Below, piece by piece: positions 49,030-59,423 of a stretch of 64,000 nucleotides of DNA. Position numbers and translations under genes: made by a program. The notes beneath the pieces were generated by a model. The model was not told the origin of the DNA, did no database searches, and saw only the letters and a list, made by a program, of their open reading frames with translations. Where the stretch lies: NCBI GenBank assembly GCA_964651155.1, contig CAZYXB010000007.1:40273-104272 (forward strand). The letters run 5' to 3'. The stretch comes from an uncultured Acidobacteriota bacterium. GTDB lineage: Bacteria > Acidobacteriota > UBA6911. Within the stretch, counting starts at the first letter, position 1. Every line of letters begins with the position of its first letter.

Positions 49030-51769
49030 AAATGCGCAGACTAACTGCCCTTTCTAGTGTGATGATGCCTTCGGCCGCATCCCGTATCTCCTCTTCCCTG
49101 ACGGCCTTGAGCCTTGACTGGAACGATCGGTACCCTTCTATCCCGTTTCCCGCCAGGACATGCATCGCAACATCCGTAATCTGGAGGAACGGTTCTTGTT
49201 GCCGCAGCTGGAAATCGCCAACCGCCGCGTTCACCGCCGAACGATACTCCCTGGAGGCGTAGGGGCCGGTTGCACTGTCGCGGAGCTCCCTCTCCATGGC
49301 TTCTTGGGCCTTATCTTCGCTGCCCGGATGCACGACAGCATATGCGATAAAGCTCCCGCTGCGCAACCTCGGTGCATAGGAGACGATTATTTTTTGCACT
49401 TGCGCCCCGTCTTGCAGCATGCCGGCCTGGTTCTTTTCGAGATATCGCCGTAGCACTTCCGTCACAGGCCTGTCGCTATCCCCGTACAGAGGGGCCTGAA
49501 ACCCGAGGAGAACGATGCTCCGGTCGTCGGCCCACTCCCCTTCGATCGCCTCCTGGGCCTCCAGGGCCTGCGCATGCGCCTGGGGAAGCGCTGATTCCCG
49601 GAAACGGGATCCGCTGTAGTGCTTCACAAAATAGGAAGCCAGGCTTGTCCCCTCACTGTCACCGACAATGACGACCAGCGGGGTCCGGTTCTTGATGTGG
49701 GTGCCGTGCCATTCGCGCAACTTTTCCGGGGATATGCCGGACAGGGTTTCCTCCGTTCCCAGCAGGCACCGGGAATAGGGGGACCCCCTGAACAGCACCG
49801 GGTGAAGCGCCGCCTCGATTCTGCCTCTGCAGCCGGCGTCCCGGGTGCGCTCGATCCCCTGCAGGGTCTTCCGCCACCGGACGGTTTCCGGATCCAGTCC
49901 CGGTTCGTTCAAAGCCTCCAGAAGGAGGCCGAACCCGGACGGAAAGTTCTGCGAAGGGATGGAAAAGAAGAATCCGAAGTAGTCCGCCTCAACCACCGGC
50001 TGCAGGCGCCCCCCGTAGATTTCAAGCTGGCGATGGAACGTGAAGGCGTCCTTTTTGGATGTTCCCCCGAGCAGCGCGGACGCCGCCAGCGCGGTGATGC
50101 CCGAATCCCCTTCTGTCTCCTTCAAAGGGCCTCCGGGGTAGAACAGCCCCATATGGATCAGCGGGCTCGTGTGGTCCTCCCGGATGTACAGCTCGGGGCC
50201 GCGCAGCACGGATGCCACCCGGAACGGATACCGGATCCAGCTGAACCGGTAGTCATCCCTTCTTTCCGGGATATCAAAGGCGGGTGCGATTTCCCCCTGC
50301 CTCCGGGCCAGTTCCTGGTCCGTTGCCGGCCTCAACAGCGCTTCCAGTGTGGCCTGTACCGACGGGGCGGTCCGGTTGCGCGCATCCGTTTCCTCCGGGA
50401 GATATTCGACCAGGGAACAGGAATCCAATCGAAAATACCTTTCGGCGACCCGCCTCACGTCTTCGGCCCGAACCTTCCGGATGTCGTCGAGATGACGGTC
50501 TATCCGTTTCCAATCGCCCCGGATTTCAAACAGCGCCAGCATCCCGGCCCGTCCGGATACCGTCTGCAGGCCGTCTCTGTACACCCTTTCCAGTTGGGCA
50601 CGGGCGCGCTCGAGGTCCGCTTCATCCATGGGTGCACGCTTGAGCAGCTCGAGTTCTGCCAGCACGGCTATTTCCGCCCGGTCGATGGCCCCGGGTGCGG
50701 CCGTGACCTGAATCGTCAAAAAACCCGGCCCCCTCTCGGGCTTCCACTCGGTCGTACCCTCGTAGATCAACTTATCCCGGTCCCTCAGTCTTCCAGCGAG
50801 CACCGATCCGTTTCCCAAGCCCAGTGCGGCGGACAGCACTTCCAGCGCCGGATAATCCCGGGAGGCGGCGCCCGGCAGAGGAAACCCAAAAAGAATGCGG
50901 CCGATCCGGGTGTTTCCCTGCAGGAGACGATACCGGAAGCGTCCTTGTGCGGCCATCGGGGATCCGGCGGGCGCCGGCACCGCGGATCCCCTGAACGCAC
51001 CGTAGAGTCGGGCCGCTTCGTCGAGGACCTCGATCGCGGGGACATCACCCGAAACAGCCAGAACCATATTGCCCGGGGCGAAAATTCTTCGATGCCAGTC
51101 CGAGAGCTCCCGGCCGGTAACGGCCTCAAGATTTCCACCCAAAACGGCGCGCCACCGCTTTAGGCCGGCCAAGGGAGAATGCAGATCTAGCAGGGCGCCA
51201 CGCGCCGTTTCGGCCGGATCCCGCAGGCGGCGCCGGGCCTCTTCGCGGGCAAGCGCTACACCGGCGGCCACCTCCTCCGGGCCGTAGGTGGAATCGGACA
51301 AGGCCTCCGCGTGGATCTGCAGGGCTCTCTTCCATTGGCCCGCGGGCGCCTGGATTTCGAACCGGCAATGGCCATATTCGGCCGAACTCGACAGGAACGC
51401 GCCCAACAGGCGCGCGTTCTGCACCGTGGTGCCGGTGCCCACATCCGTACTGCGCCGGAATAGGACGGACGCAAGAAGGCCGGACAGGCCGGGAAATGCG
51501 TCCGGCTCGTCGGCAATTCCCGTTTGCCCATACACCTGTATCGATACGACGGGATTCGCGCGATGTTCGTTGATCAGGACCTTGAGCCCGTTTTTAAAAA
51601 CAGCTGCGGTCACAAAAGTAGTCTCTTCCAGTGCTGCCAAATGCTCCCGGAGGGAATCTAGATCGGCCGAAGCCGCCGACGGCGGGGATAAGAGCCGCCC
51701 CAGGATCAGCAACGCCCAAAGGGCGGACGGGACTGCATACGTTGTTCGGGTTCCGGGACTTCGGTTCAT
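48968..51769 (-). CDS. exported two-module M16 (pitrilysin-like) peptidase homologue, apparently lacking the Zn motif
   Basis: Signal peptide; FKNGLKVLINE..NPVVSI; NMVLAVSGD; second module ELYIREDHTSPLI; no HxxEH at either expected site. Confidence 0.85.
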   Translation of the reverse strand: MNRSPGTRTTYAVPSALWALLILGRLLSPPSAASADLDSLREHLAALEETTFVTAAVFKNGLKVLINEHRANPVVSIQVYGQTGIADEPDAFPGLSGLLASVLFRRSTDVGTGTTVQNARLLGAFLSSSAEYGHCRFEIQAPAGQWKRALQIHAEALSDSTYGPEEVAAGVALAREEARRRLRDPAETARGALLDLHSPLAGLKRWRAVLGGNLEAVTGRELSDWHRRIFAPGNMVLAVSGDVPAIEVLDEAARLYGAFRGSAVPAPAGSPMAAQGRFRYRLLQGNTRIGRILFGFPLPGAASRDYPALEVLSAALGLGNGSVLAGRLRDRDKLIYEGTTEWKPERGPGFLTIQVTAAPGAIDRAEIAVLAELELLKRAPMDEADLERARAQLERVYRDGLQTVSGRAGMLALFEIRGDWKRIDRHLDDIRKVRAEDVRRVAERYFRLDSCSLVEYLPEETDARNRTAPSVQATLEALLRPATDQELARRQGEIAPAFDIPERRDDYRFSWIRYPFRVASVLRGPELYIREDHTSPLIHMGLFYPGGPLKETEGDSGITALAASALLGGTSKKDAFTFHRQLEIYGGRLQPVVEADYFGFFFSIPSQNFPSGFGLLLEALNEPGLDPETVRWRKTLQGIERTRDAGCRGRIEAALHPVLFRGSPYSRCLLGTEETLSGISPEKLREWHGTHIKNRTPLVVIVGDSEGTSLASYFVKHYSGSRFRESALPQAHAQALEAQEAIEGEWADDRSIVLLGFQAPLYGDSDRPVTEVLRRYLEKNQAGMLQDGAQVQKIIVSYAPRLRSGSFIAYAVVHPGSEDKAQEAMERELRDSATGPYASREYRSAVNAAVGDFQLRQQEPFLQITDVAMHVLAGNGIEGYRSFQSRLKAVREEEIRDAAEGIITLERAVSLRIYGKEPAHISPVSQKPAAVEN

Positions 51770-52378
51770 GGCGCCCCTCTTTGCACAATACATCATAGCA
51801 GACAGCGATTCTGATCGGAGAAAAGACGGCTATGCATCGAGGAACGTCCCTTGTCGTAATGGAGGATCCCCCGAGATGCCCGAACCGCGGAAACCCGCAT
51901 CCCTCGCATCCGTCATCATCCTGAGCCATGACGCTGGCGAAAGGAAATTCCGCTCCAGGCGTAGAAGATAGACACTGTCGGATTGGGTGCCGATGAGAAA
52001 ATTGCCGGGCGCGTCGCGTCCGCCAGGAGCGCGCGGACATCGCCCCTGAAGGGTCCGATCGGCTCAAAATGAAAGGAATCTGCGTCGTCGCCGGCGCTGC
52101 CCGGCGGCAGTACGTCCGGCACAAGGAACGCCAGGATACCGGGCAGCATCGTATCCTTCGGTCACGCCGTGGGTTTATGACTCTATATCCTGAAACCTCG
52201 AACTTTGCCGCCCGGATTCTGTGGAATCACCCCGGCCGCCTCGATCTTGCGCACGCGCCGCCGCGCGTGCGACCTGAACCATCATGGCTTCGGGACCGAC
52301 CTTGCCCAGTACCCGGAGGGATTCGGAGGCGCCGGGCGGAGAAAACGGCATTTTCTCGCCGTCATCACAGAATCGGCC

Positions 52379-52408
52379 TTGCACTCCCCGTGTGTTGTGC
52401 GTTATGAT
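52379..52408 (+). promoter_or_regulatory. putative tRNA promoter
   Basis: TTGCAC 52379-52384, 18 nt, TATGAT 52403-52408. Confidence 0.55.
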
Positions 52409-52428
52409 GCAACGCCTCGAGTAAAGGT

Positions 52429-52504
<76 letters not shown>

Positions 52505-52505
<1 letters not shown>

Positions 52506-52531
52506 TAAGCTGCACGCTGCATGCAGTTTAT
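52505..52531 (+). terminator. hairpin immediately after tRNA-Asp (terminator or processing signal)
   Basis: ATAAGCTGCA / TGCAGTTTAT 10-bp stem with one G-U pair, 7-nt loop. Confidence 0.45.
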
Positions 52532-52701
52532 GGCTCCACCTTTCGGACGGCGCCCCCTTGAAAATCCCTCATCCCCGCCCGTGCCGGGGCCATTCCCAAC
52601 GCCAGTGGACCGCCCTGGGTGCCCAATCCGAAGTGGATGCTGCCCCGTCCCGTCGGCGGAGAAACCAGCGAGGATACCCGAGGCCCGGCGGCAAAACGGC
52701 G

Positions 52702-53211
52702 TCATGCGAGTTTGTCTAACGAGGCCCTGACAAATGCCGGGAGATCGTTCGGAACGCGGCTCGAGACCAGGTTTCCGTCCTCGACGACCTCTGCATCCAG
52801 GAACAGGGCGCCGGCATTCTTGATATCCTGAACGATGGACTTGTATCCGGTGATCTTCCTTCCCCGGATGACATCGGCTGTTATCAACAGCTGCGGGCCG
52901 TGGCATATTGTAAAAACCGGCTTGCCGCTACGGACAAAGTCCCCCGCGAAACGGACCGCATTTTCGTCGGCCCGGAGCCGGTCGGGAGAGTACCCGCCTG
53001 GAATCAGAAGCGCATCATAATCCTCGACAGCCGCCTGCGCGACGGGAACATCAATCCTGACAGGGGTTCCCTGCTTCTTCCCCTTGACAGTCTCCCCTCG
53101 TTGCAGCCCGATATGAACCAGCGTGTGACCGGCCTTTCGAAACGCGTTTGCCGGATCCGTATATTCGCTGTCCTCGAAAAGGTCGCTGATAATCACTGCA
53201 ATGGTGCTCAT
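52702..53211 (-). CDS. pfpI: PfpI/YhbO (DJ-1 family) protein
   Basis: FEDSEYTDP, YDALLIPGGYSPDRLR, TICHGPQLL (Cys-His), DGNLVSSRVPNDL. Confidence 0.9.
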   Translation of the reverse strand: MSTIAVIISDLFEDSEYTDPANAFRKAGHTLVHIGLQRGETVKGKKQGTPVRIDVPVAQAAVEDYDALLIPGGYSPDRLRADENAVRFAGDFVRSGKPVFTICHGPQLLITADVIRGRKITGYKSIVQDIKNAGALFLDAEVVEDGNLVSSRVPNDLPAFVRASLDKLA

Positions 53212-53305
53212 GTTCGGCCTCCCTTGCCTTGGGTCTGTTTTGGTCCCTCGAGTATAGGCAACAAGGATAGATCCCTATCGAGGAATGTACAGAGCATTAT
53301 CCGGA

Positions 53306-55033
53306 TCATCGGGACGAGGAGCCCGGCCCTCGGTTTGTACCCTCCCTGTTCGCTGCGATGAGAATGGCTTTCTGCCTCTCCCTTCCCTTGACTGTCTTTT
53401 CGACGTAGCACGCCTCTCCCGTGAAGGGATCCCGCTCGGTCCAGTACATCAGGGTGGAATAGGTGGAGGGCGTGGGAGTGAAGATCTGAACTTGCTCAGG
53501 CAAAAGCCTCAGCTTGCCGACGGCGAAGGACCGGAGCGCTTTCATGTCTTTTTCCGTGCAGCCGGGATGCGCCGCGATCAGGTAGTAGGTTAAGAACTGT
53601 TCCCTCCCCTGGGCCCGGTTCAGGGCAAAAAAACGCTGCCGGAACCGCAGCAGGGAGCTGCAGTCCGGACGATGCATCTTCTCCAGAACATGGGATTCGG
53701 AATGCTCGGCTGCAATTTTCACCTGTCCGGAAACATGGTAGCGCACCAGGTTGCACAGGTAGTCGTCCCCGTGCTGAGCATCGGCGAGAACCAGATCGTG
53801 CCGGATGCCGGATGCTATGGCGATCTTCCGGACACCCGGAATCCTACGGAGTGCGTTCAGAAGGGAAATTTGCCTCCCGTGGTTGACCTCCAGTGCCGGG
53901 CAGATTTTCGGGAAAAGGCATCCCCGGTCCCGGCAGCCCCCTTCCTTCAGCATGCGCGGGCACTCGATGCCGTACATGTTGGCGGTTGGCCCTCCGACAT
54001 CGGAAATCGTTCCCCTGAATTTGGGATGCACCGCCATCCGCTCGGCTTCCGCCAGTATCGAGCGTTCGCTTCTGGAACGAACGGTTCTCCCCTGGTGTAC
54101 CGCTATGGCGCAGTAGGCACATTCGCCGTAGCATCCCCGGTGGGTGGTGATGGAAAAGCGAATGGTCTCCAGGGCCCTGACATTCCCCCGGCTGCGGTAG
54201 TAGGGATGCAGTTCCCTCTCATAATCCAGGTCATAGACGGCATCCAGTTCCGCATCCCGCAGGTGCTCCGCCGGGGGGTTCTGGACAAGGAAGCGGCCGC
54301 CGTGCCTTTGGGCGAGCGGCACGGCCGTGACAGGGTCGTTGTTTGCATACACAGCATGGAACATCCTCGTGAATTCTTCTTTGCTCCCGGCAACCTCTTC
54401 GAAAGACGGGAGTGCAAGGGTGCCCTCGGGCAGATCCCCGGACAGATAACACAACCCCCGTATCCGTTCCGGTTCGCCCCCGTCGCGAAGACAGCGGGCG
54501 AGCTCCACGGCTGAACGGTCTGCCATGCCGTAGAGCAGAAAGTCGGCTTTTGCGTCGAGTAGAATCGACCGCCGCAGCCGGTCCGACCAGAAATCGTAGT
54601 GGGCTGTCCGGCGGAGGCTGGCCTCGATTCCGCCCAGGACGATCGGCGCGGTATTCTTGTAAAACGTGCGGATATGATTGCTATAGACAATCGCCGCACG
54701 GTCGGGACGCCGGTTGTTGAGGCCCCCGGGGGTAAAATCATCCCGCTTGCGCCTCCGCCCTGCGGCCGTGCGGTTGGCCACCATCGAATCCACGCAGCCC
54801 CCCGTCACGCCCCAGAACAGACGCGGTTGGCCCAGCCTCGTGATATCCACCCCGCTGCCGATATCTGGCTGGGCGATGATCCCCACCGTGAAGCCCGCGT
54901 GGAGCAGAACCTTGCCGATCACCGCCACCCCTATGTGCGGGGAGTCGATATAGCTGTCCCCCGTGACCAGGATCACGTCGGGCCGGCCCCATCCAAGGGC
55001 CTTCAACTCTTCTCCGGTCGTCGGCAAAAACAT
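53306..55033 (-). CDS. ygiQ: YgiQ/UPF0313-family radical SAM protein
   Basis: MFLPTT..E...LGW, TGDSYIDSP, GGIEASLRR.AHYDFWSD, THRGCYGECAYC, DVGGPTANMY, QVQIFTPTPST. Confidence 0.92.
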   Translation of the reverse strand: MFLPTTGEELKALGWGRPDVILVTGDSYIDSPHIGVAVIGKVLLHAGFTVGIIAQPDIGSGVDITRLGQPRLFWGVTGGCVDSMVANRTAAGRRRKRDDFTPGGLNNRRPDRAAIVYSNHIRTFYKNTAPIVLGGIEASLRRTAHYDFWSDRLRRSILLDAKADFLLYGMADRSAVELARCLRDGGEPERIRGLCYLSGDLPEGTLALPSFEEVAGSKEEFTRMFHAVYANNDPVTAVPLAQRHGGRFLVQNPPAEHLRDAELDAVYDLDYERELHPYYRSRGNVRALETIRFSITTHRGCYGECAYCAIAVHQGRTVRSRSERSILAEAERMAVHPKFRGTISDVGGPTANMYGIECPRMLKEGGCRDRGCLFPKICPALEVNHGRQISLLNALRRIPGVRKIAIASGIRHDLVLADAQHGDDYLCNLVRYHVSGQVKIAAEHSESHVLEKMHRPDCSSLLRFRQRFFALNRAQGREQFLTYYLIAAHPGCTEKDMKALRSFAVGKLRLLPEQVQIFTPTPSTYSTLMYWTERDPFTGEACYVEKTVKGRERQKAILIAANREGTNRGPGSSSR

Positions 55034-55313
55034 GGTCCCTGTCCGCTCCCTTAGGTCTTGTGAAGCCCGAAGGAGGCCGATGCCAGATCCCCGGCCCCTC
55101 TTGGATTCTACCACGCGCCACATCACCCGCCGCCGATGCGAAGTGTATCATCGGAATCGCCCCTTTGTCTCGGGATCCAAGAGTCGGCCGCACTCGTTCC
55201 CTTTTGATGTGTTCTGCGGAAAGCGGCCGAACGCCTGCCTGATTTTCGTTGTCACCATCTGTGGTTCTGGTACAATCGATGCATATTTCAAACCACCAAT
55301 CGAGAGAATCGCC

Positions 55314-55790
55314 ATGAAAGAAACCATCGCGTTTACACTGAACGGGGCACCGACGACACTGGAGGTCGAAGGCGACCGGAAACTGCTGTGGGTGTTGCGC
55401 ACCGACCTGGGCCTGACGGGGACCAAATACGGATGCGGGATCGGCCTTTGCGGGTCCTGTACCGTCGTTATCGACAACAAGGCTGTCCGTTCCTGCAGTC
55501 TCCCCGTGCGGGAGGTGAACGGCAAGGACGTTCTCACCATCGAGGGCCTGGCCAACCGCCTGCCGCAGGCTGATATGCTGCACAGCCTTCAAAGCGCTTT
55601 TCTCGAACACGGTGCCGTCCAGTGCGGATTCTGCACGCCGGGCATGCTGATGAACGCCTACGCACTGCTGCTCGAAAATCCTTCGGCAACCCGCGACGAA
55701 ATCATCAAAGGGATGGACAACAACCTCTGCCGATGCGGCTCCCATACCCGAATCGTCCGGGCGATAGAAAGTGTTTCCACAAACAGATGA
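55314..55790 (+). CDS. 2x[2Fe-2S] small subunit of a xanthine-dehydrogenase-family oxidoreductase (IorA/CoxS-like)
   Basis: GTKYGCGIGLCGSCTV, VLTIEGL, VQCGFCTPG, NLCRCG. Confidence 0.93.
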   Translation: MKETIAFTLNGAPTTLEVEGDRKLLWVLRTDLGLTGTKYGCGIGLCGSCTVVIDNKAVRSCSLPVREVNGKDVLTIEGLANRLPQADMLHSLQSAFLEHGAVQCGFCTPGMLMNAYALLLENPSATRDEIIKGMDNNLCRCGSHTRIVRAIESVSTNR

Positions 55791-55798
55791 GGCGCGCC

Positions 55799-57952
55799 AT
55801 GGGATCGGATACATCCAAAGGACTGCAGCAACCCGCGACGAACCCTTTCGGGCGACGGGATTTCATGAAGATCGTCGGCGGCGGCATCGTCATATTTTTC
55901 TCCTCCGCCCCGGGGAAGGGTCCCCAGGCTCACGCGGCCCAATTCCCTGGCATGGGCGGCGCCCCGACCGACCTGAACGACTTTCTGAAAATCGCCGAAG
56001 ACGGCAACGTCACCGTATTCTCGGGTAAAGTGGAACTCGGACAGGCGAACACCACGGCGTTGGCACAGATGGCGGCCGACGAACTCGGGGTTCCCCTTGA
56101 GTCCGTTACCATGATCATGGGGGATACGGCCCTGTGCCCCTACGACATGGGGACTTTCGGCTCCATGTCGATCCGGGTTTTCGGCCCGCAGCTGAGGGCC
56201 GCAGCAGCGGAGGCCAGGGAAATCCTGCTCGAGCTCGCATCCGAACGGCTCAACAAACCGACATCGCAGCTTCGGCTCGAGAACGGCAGCGTCTGGGCCC
56301 CGGGCAACGCTGCGTCCCGGGTCAGCTACGGGCAGCTGGTCCAGGGACAGAAAATCACGCGCAAGCTCGATCGGAAGGCCGCCACCAGGTCGGTAGCGGA
56401 ATTCACCCTCATGGGCCGGTCGATCCCCCGTCTCGACGGGGTGGAGAAGGTGATGGGCCGGGCGAAATACGCCGCCGATCTCCGCTTCCCGGACCTGGTC
56501 TACGCCAGGGTGCTTCGGCCGCCGGCACACGGATCCACGCTGAAAAGCCTCGACACATCCGCCGCGGAAAGGATACCCGGCGTCTCGGTCGTAAACCAGG
56601 ACGGCATCGTAGCCGTACTGCACGCCGATCCCGAGACGGCCACGCGGGCCCTGGCTGGCATCCGGCCGGAATACGACACACCCGAAAGCGGCCTGGACGA
56701 AAACACGATTTTCGACCATATCGTCAAAACCGCTCCGAGCCCCCGGTCGATCGGGGCCAGGGGGGACCTGGACGAGGGGGCAAAGATCTCCGATACGGTC
56801 TTCGAGAAAACGTACCTGAACGGATACGGGGCGCACGCGTCGATCGAAACCCACACCGCGGTCGCCAAAATGGAGGGGGACACCATGACCGTATGGGCCT
56901 CCACCCAGACCCCCTTCATGAACCAGTCCGAGATCGCTCGGACATTGGGCATTCCTTCGGACAAGGTGCGTGTGATCCTTCCCCAGGTCGGCGGGGCCTT
57001 CGGAGGCAAAAACACCGCGCCGCAGGCCGTCGAGGCCGCCCGTCTGGCCCGGATTACAGGGAAGGCGGTCCAGGTGGCCTACGACCGCGAAGAGGAGTTC
57101 TTTCAAACCGCATACCGTCCCGCAGCCGTCGTGCAGATCCGGTCCGGCATCGACGGCGAGGGGAAAATGACCCTGTGGGACTACAAGGTCTACTACGCGG
57201 GGGACCGGGGATCCGATCAGCTCTACGACGTCCCCCACAATCTCATACGCACCTACGGCAGCTACATGGGCTCCATGATGGGAGGAGGCCCCAGCGCGCA
57301 TCCGATCCTGACAGGAACGTGGAGGGCTCCAGGGGCCAATATCAACATCTTCGCGAAAGAGTCGCAGATCGACATCATGGCGGCACATTGCGGGATGGAT
57401 CCGCTGGAGTTCCGGCTGAAAAACACATCGGACGCGAGGCTACGCCGCGCCCTGGAAGCAGCGGCCGACCGGATCGGGTACAAGCCCGCGCCCGCGCCCA
57501 GCGGGCGGGGATACGGCTTCGGCTGCGGCATCGACGCCGGAACCTATGTGGCCCAGATCGCCGAGATTGAGATGCGCGACGGGGCCATACGCGTCCGGAA
57601 AATCGTCGCAGCCCAGGACATGGGTATTTCCATCAACCCCATGGGCTCCCTGATGCAGATGGAGGGATGCATCATGATGGGCCTGGGATACACCCTCTCG
57701 GAGGACATCCGCTTCACGGGCGGCCGCATCCACACAACCAACTTCCACGACTACCGGATCCCGCGCTTTTCCATGATGCCGGAAATCGACGCGTTCCTGG
57801 TCCGAAACGACGCCCTGGAGCCCCAGGGAGGCGGCGAACCGTCGGTGGTTGCCGTGGGAGCGGCCGTGGCCAATGCGCTTTTCGACCTGGAGGGCGTCCG
57901 GGTTTTCCAGATGCCGCTAACCCCGGAAAGAATCCGCGCCGCCCGTGCGTAG
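55799..57952 (+). CDS. molybdopterin-binding large subunit (IorB-like aldehyde/N-heterocycle oxidoreductase)
   Basis: GRRDFMK Tat-like motif, GKVELGQ, GTFGSMS, VGGAFGGK, QMEG...GLG, GGGEPSV...ANALFDL.G.R. Confidence 0.9.
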   Translation: MGSDTSKGLQQPATNPFGRRDFMKIVGGGIVIFFSSAPGKGPQAHAAQFPGMGGAPTDLNDFLKIAEDGNVTVFSGKVELGQANTTALAQMAADELGVPLESVTMIMGDTALCPYDMGTFGSMSIRVFGPQLRAAAAEAREILLELASERLNKPTSQLRLENGSVWAPGNAASRVSYGQLVQGQKITRKLDRKAATRSVAEFTLMGRSIPRLDGVEKVMGRAKYAADLRFPDLVYARVLRPPAHGSTLKSLDTSAAERIPGVSVVNQDGIVAVLHADPETATRALAGIRPEYDTPESGLDENTIFDHIVKTAPSPRSIGARGDLDEGAKISDTVFEKTYLNGYGAHASIETHTAVAKMEGDTMTVWASTQTPFMNQSEIARTLGIPSDKVRVILPQVGGAFGGKNTAPQAVEAARLARITGKAVQVAYDREEEFFQTAYRPAAVVQIRSGIDGEGKMTLWDYKVYYAGDRGSDQLYDVPHNLIRTYGSYMGSMMGGGPSAHPILTGTWRAPGANINIFAKESQIDIMAAHCGMDPLEFRLKNTSDARLRRALEAAADRIGYKPAPAPSGRGYGFGCGIDAGTYVAQIAEIEMRDGAIRVRKIVAAQDMGISINPMGSLMQMEGCIMMGLGYTLSEDIRFTGGRIHTTNFHDYRIPRFSMMPEIDAFLVRNDALEPQGGGEPSVVAVGAAVANALFDLEGVRVFQMPLTPERIRAARA

Positions 57953-57958
57953 GATTTT

Positions 57959-57994
57959 GCCGAACGTTCCCCCATTCATCGCGGAACGTTCGGC
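57959..57994. terminator. 12-bp perfect hairpin between convergent genes; probable bidirectional terminator
   Basis: GCCGAACGTTCC (57959-57970) / GGAACGTTCGGC (57983-57994); the loop contains the prmA stop. Confidence 0.55.
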
Positions 57995-58839
57995 GAAGCG
58001 GCAATTTCCAGAGCGATCCATTCCCCCATCTGCCGGTGGGCGGCTATTTGGAAACCGGCGTCCTTCAGGGCATTGCTGATCTCCCAGTAGTCTGCCTTCT
58101 GCAACCCGGAAAAGCATGCGGCACCCCGCGCCTTCAGGAAACGCGGGAGATGCGGGCACAACGACGGCAGGGTCCTGCCGTCGATGTTCGCCAGGACCGC
58201 GTCGAATCCTCCCCCGTCGAGCGCCTCGAACGAAGCCACCCGGAATTCGATCTCGCCGCCAAACCGGTTTGCGGCGGCATACTCCCGGGCGCATTCGACA
58301 GCGTCAGCGTCGACATCCACGGCCAGCGCCGAAGCTGCCCCGAGCCGCAGGGCCGCCATGGAGAGAATCCCGCTGCCCGTCCCGATGTCCAGCACCCGCT
58401 CCCCGCCGGTGATCGTGTCTTCCAGCCACTGCAGCACCATCTGCGTGGTCGCGTGGTACCCGGTTCCGAAAGCGCGCCGCGGATCCAGGACCAGTTCGAT
58501 CCCGCCGAAGGATGGATCCGGCGCATGCCAGCTCTGTCGGATGCGCAGGCGGCGCCCCGGCCGGATCGGCTCGAGCGAAGCCGCCCACGTCCGGTTCCAG
58601 TCCTGGTCCTCTACGATGGTGACGCTCGGGGCGTTTCCGGCGTCTCCGGCTCCGAGGCGCTTCAGGGCCCCGAGTACGGATTCAAGCACCGTGCCGTTCC
58701 ACCGCTCCTCGGGCCAGTACATGCGCAGGATCCCCCCCTCCTCCCAACCACCTGAAAGTCCGCTCTCCCCGAGCATCCCCAGCAGCTCTCCGGAGTCGGC
58801 GTCGGTCTTGAGCGCGACCTCCACATAATTCCTTTTCAT
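57976..58839 (-). CDS. prmA: ribosomal protein L11 methyltransferase
   Basis: DQDWNRTW, AFGTGYHATT, VLDIGTGSGILS, DVDADAV, ANI. Confidence 0.88.
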   Translation of the reverse strand: MKRNYVEVALKTDADSGELLGMLGESGLSGGWEEGGILRMYWPEERWNGTVLESVLGALKRLGAGDAGNAPSVTIVEDQDWNRTWAASLEPIRPGRRLRIRQSWHAPDPSFGGIELVLDPRRAFGTGYHATTQMVLQWLEDTITGGERVLDIGTGSGILSMAALRLGAASALAVDVDADAVECAREYAAANRFGGEIEFRVASFEALDGGGFDAVLANIDGRTLPSLCPHLPRFLKARGAACFSGLQKADYWEISNALKDAGFQIAAHRQMGEWIALEIAASPNVPR

Positions 58840-58968
58840 GGTCTCCTTCCAACGCGATGTTTGCGGCATGCGGCGCCGCCGGCAGGCCTTGACGCGGCAG
58901 CCGCAGCTCGGCCTCCCGGTGACGAACATGGGAATTCGCATACGCCGGTTTTTATGGCACAATACCCC

Positions 58969-59421
58969 ATGCCCTACTGGTTTGACGGTAACAACCTGAT
59001 CGGACAATCGTCCGCGGCCGCCCTCTCCCGGCCGCACACCAGGCGGGCGTTTCTCCTGACCCTGGGCGGATACCGTCAAACGGGCGGCGGGCGGTTTTTG
59101 GTGTATTTCGATGGGGACGATACCGGTCGATTGACTCCTCCCGCGGGGATCCGTGTACGCTACAGCGCACCGCAGTCCGCTGACGATGCCATCGCCGGCA
59201 GGCTCCGCGAAATCCGCCGCCCGGCGGAAGTGATTGTCGTGTCCAACGACCGGGAACTACAGTCGAGGTGCAGGATGGCGGGAGCGAAAACCCTCAGCTG
59301 GAAGCAGTTCACCGCGAAGATGCAGGCCCGCAGTACGCGGCAGACGGCCGGCAACGGCCCCCAGGAGCCCGAGGTGGACGTGGAGGAATGGATGGAATAC
59401 TTCGGGCTGAAGGACGCCTAG
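58969..59421 (+). CDS. NYN/YacP-like PIN-domain ribonuclease
   Basis: FDGNNLIG, VYFDG, SADDAI, VVSNDREL acidic tetrad. Confidence 0.8.
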   Translation: MPYWFDGNNLIGQSSAAALSRPHTRRAFLLTLGGYRQTGGGRFLVYFDGDDTGRLTPPAGIRVRYSAPQSADDAIAGRLREIRRPAEVIVVSNDRELQSRCRMAGAKTLSWKQFTAKMQARSTRQTAGNGPQEPEVDVEEWMEYFGLKDA

Positions 59422-59423
59422 GG

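Noticed and set aside
51877-52380. Possible NUDIX-like pseudogene (MPEPRKPASLASVIIL...)
   Set aside because: No Nudix box recoverable in any frame; resemblance limited to about 15 residues.
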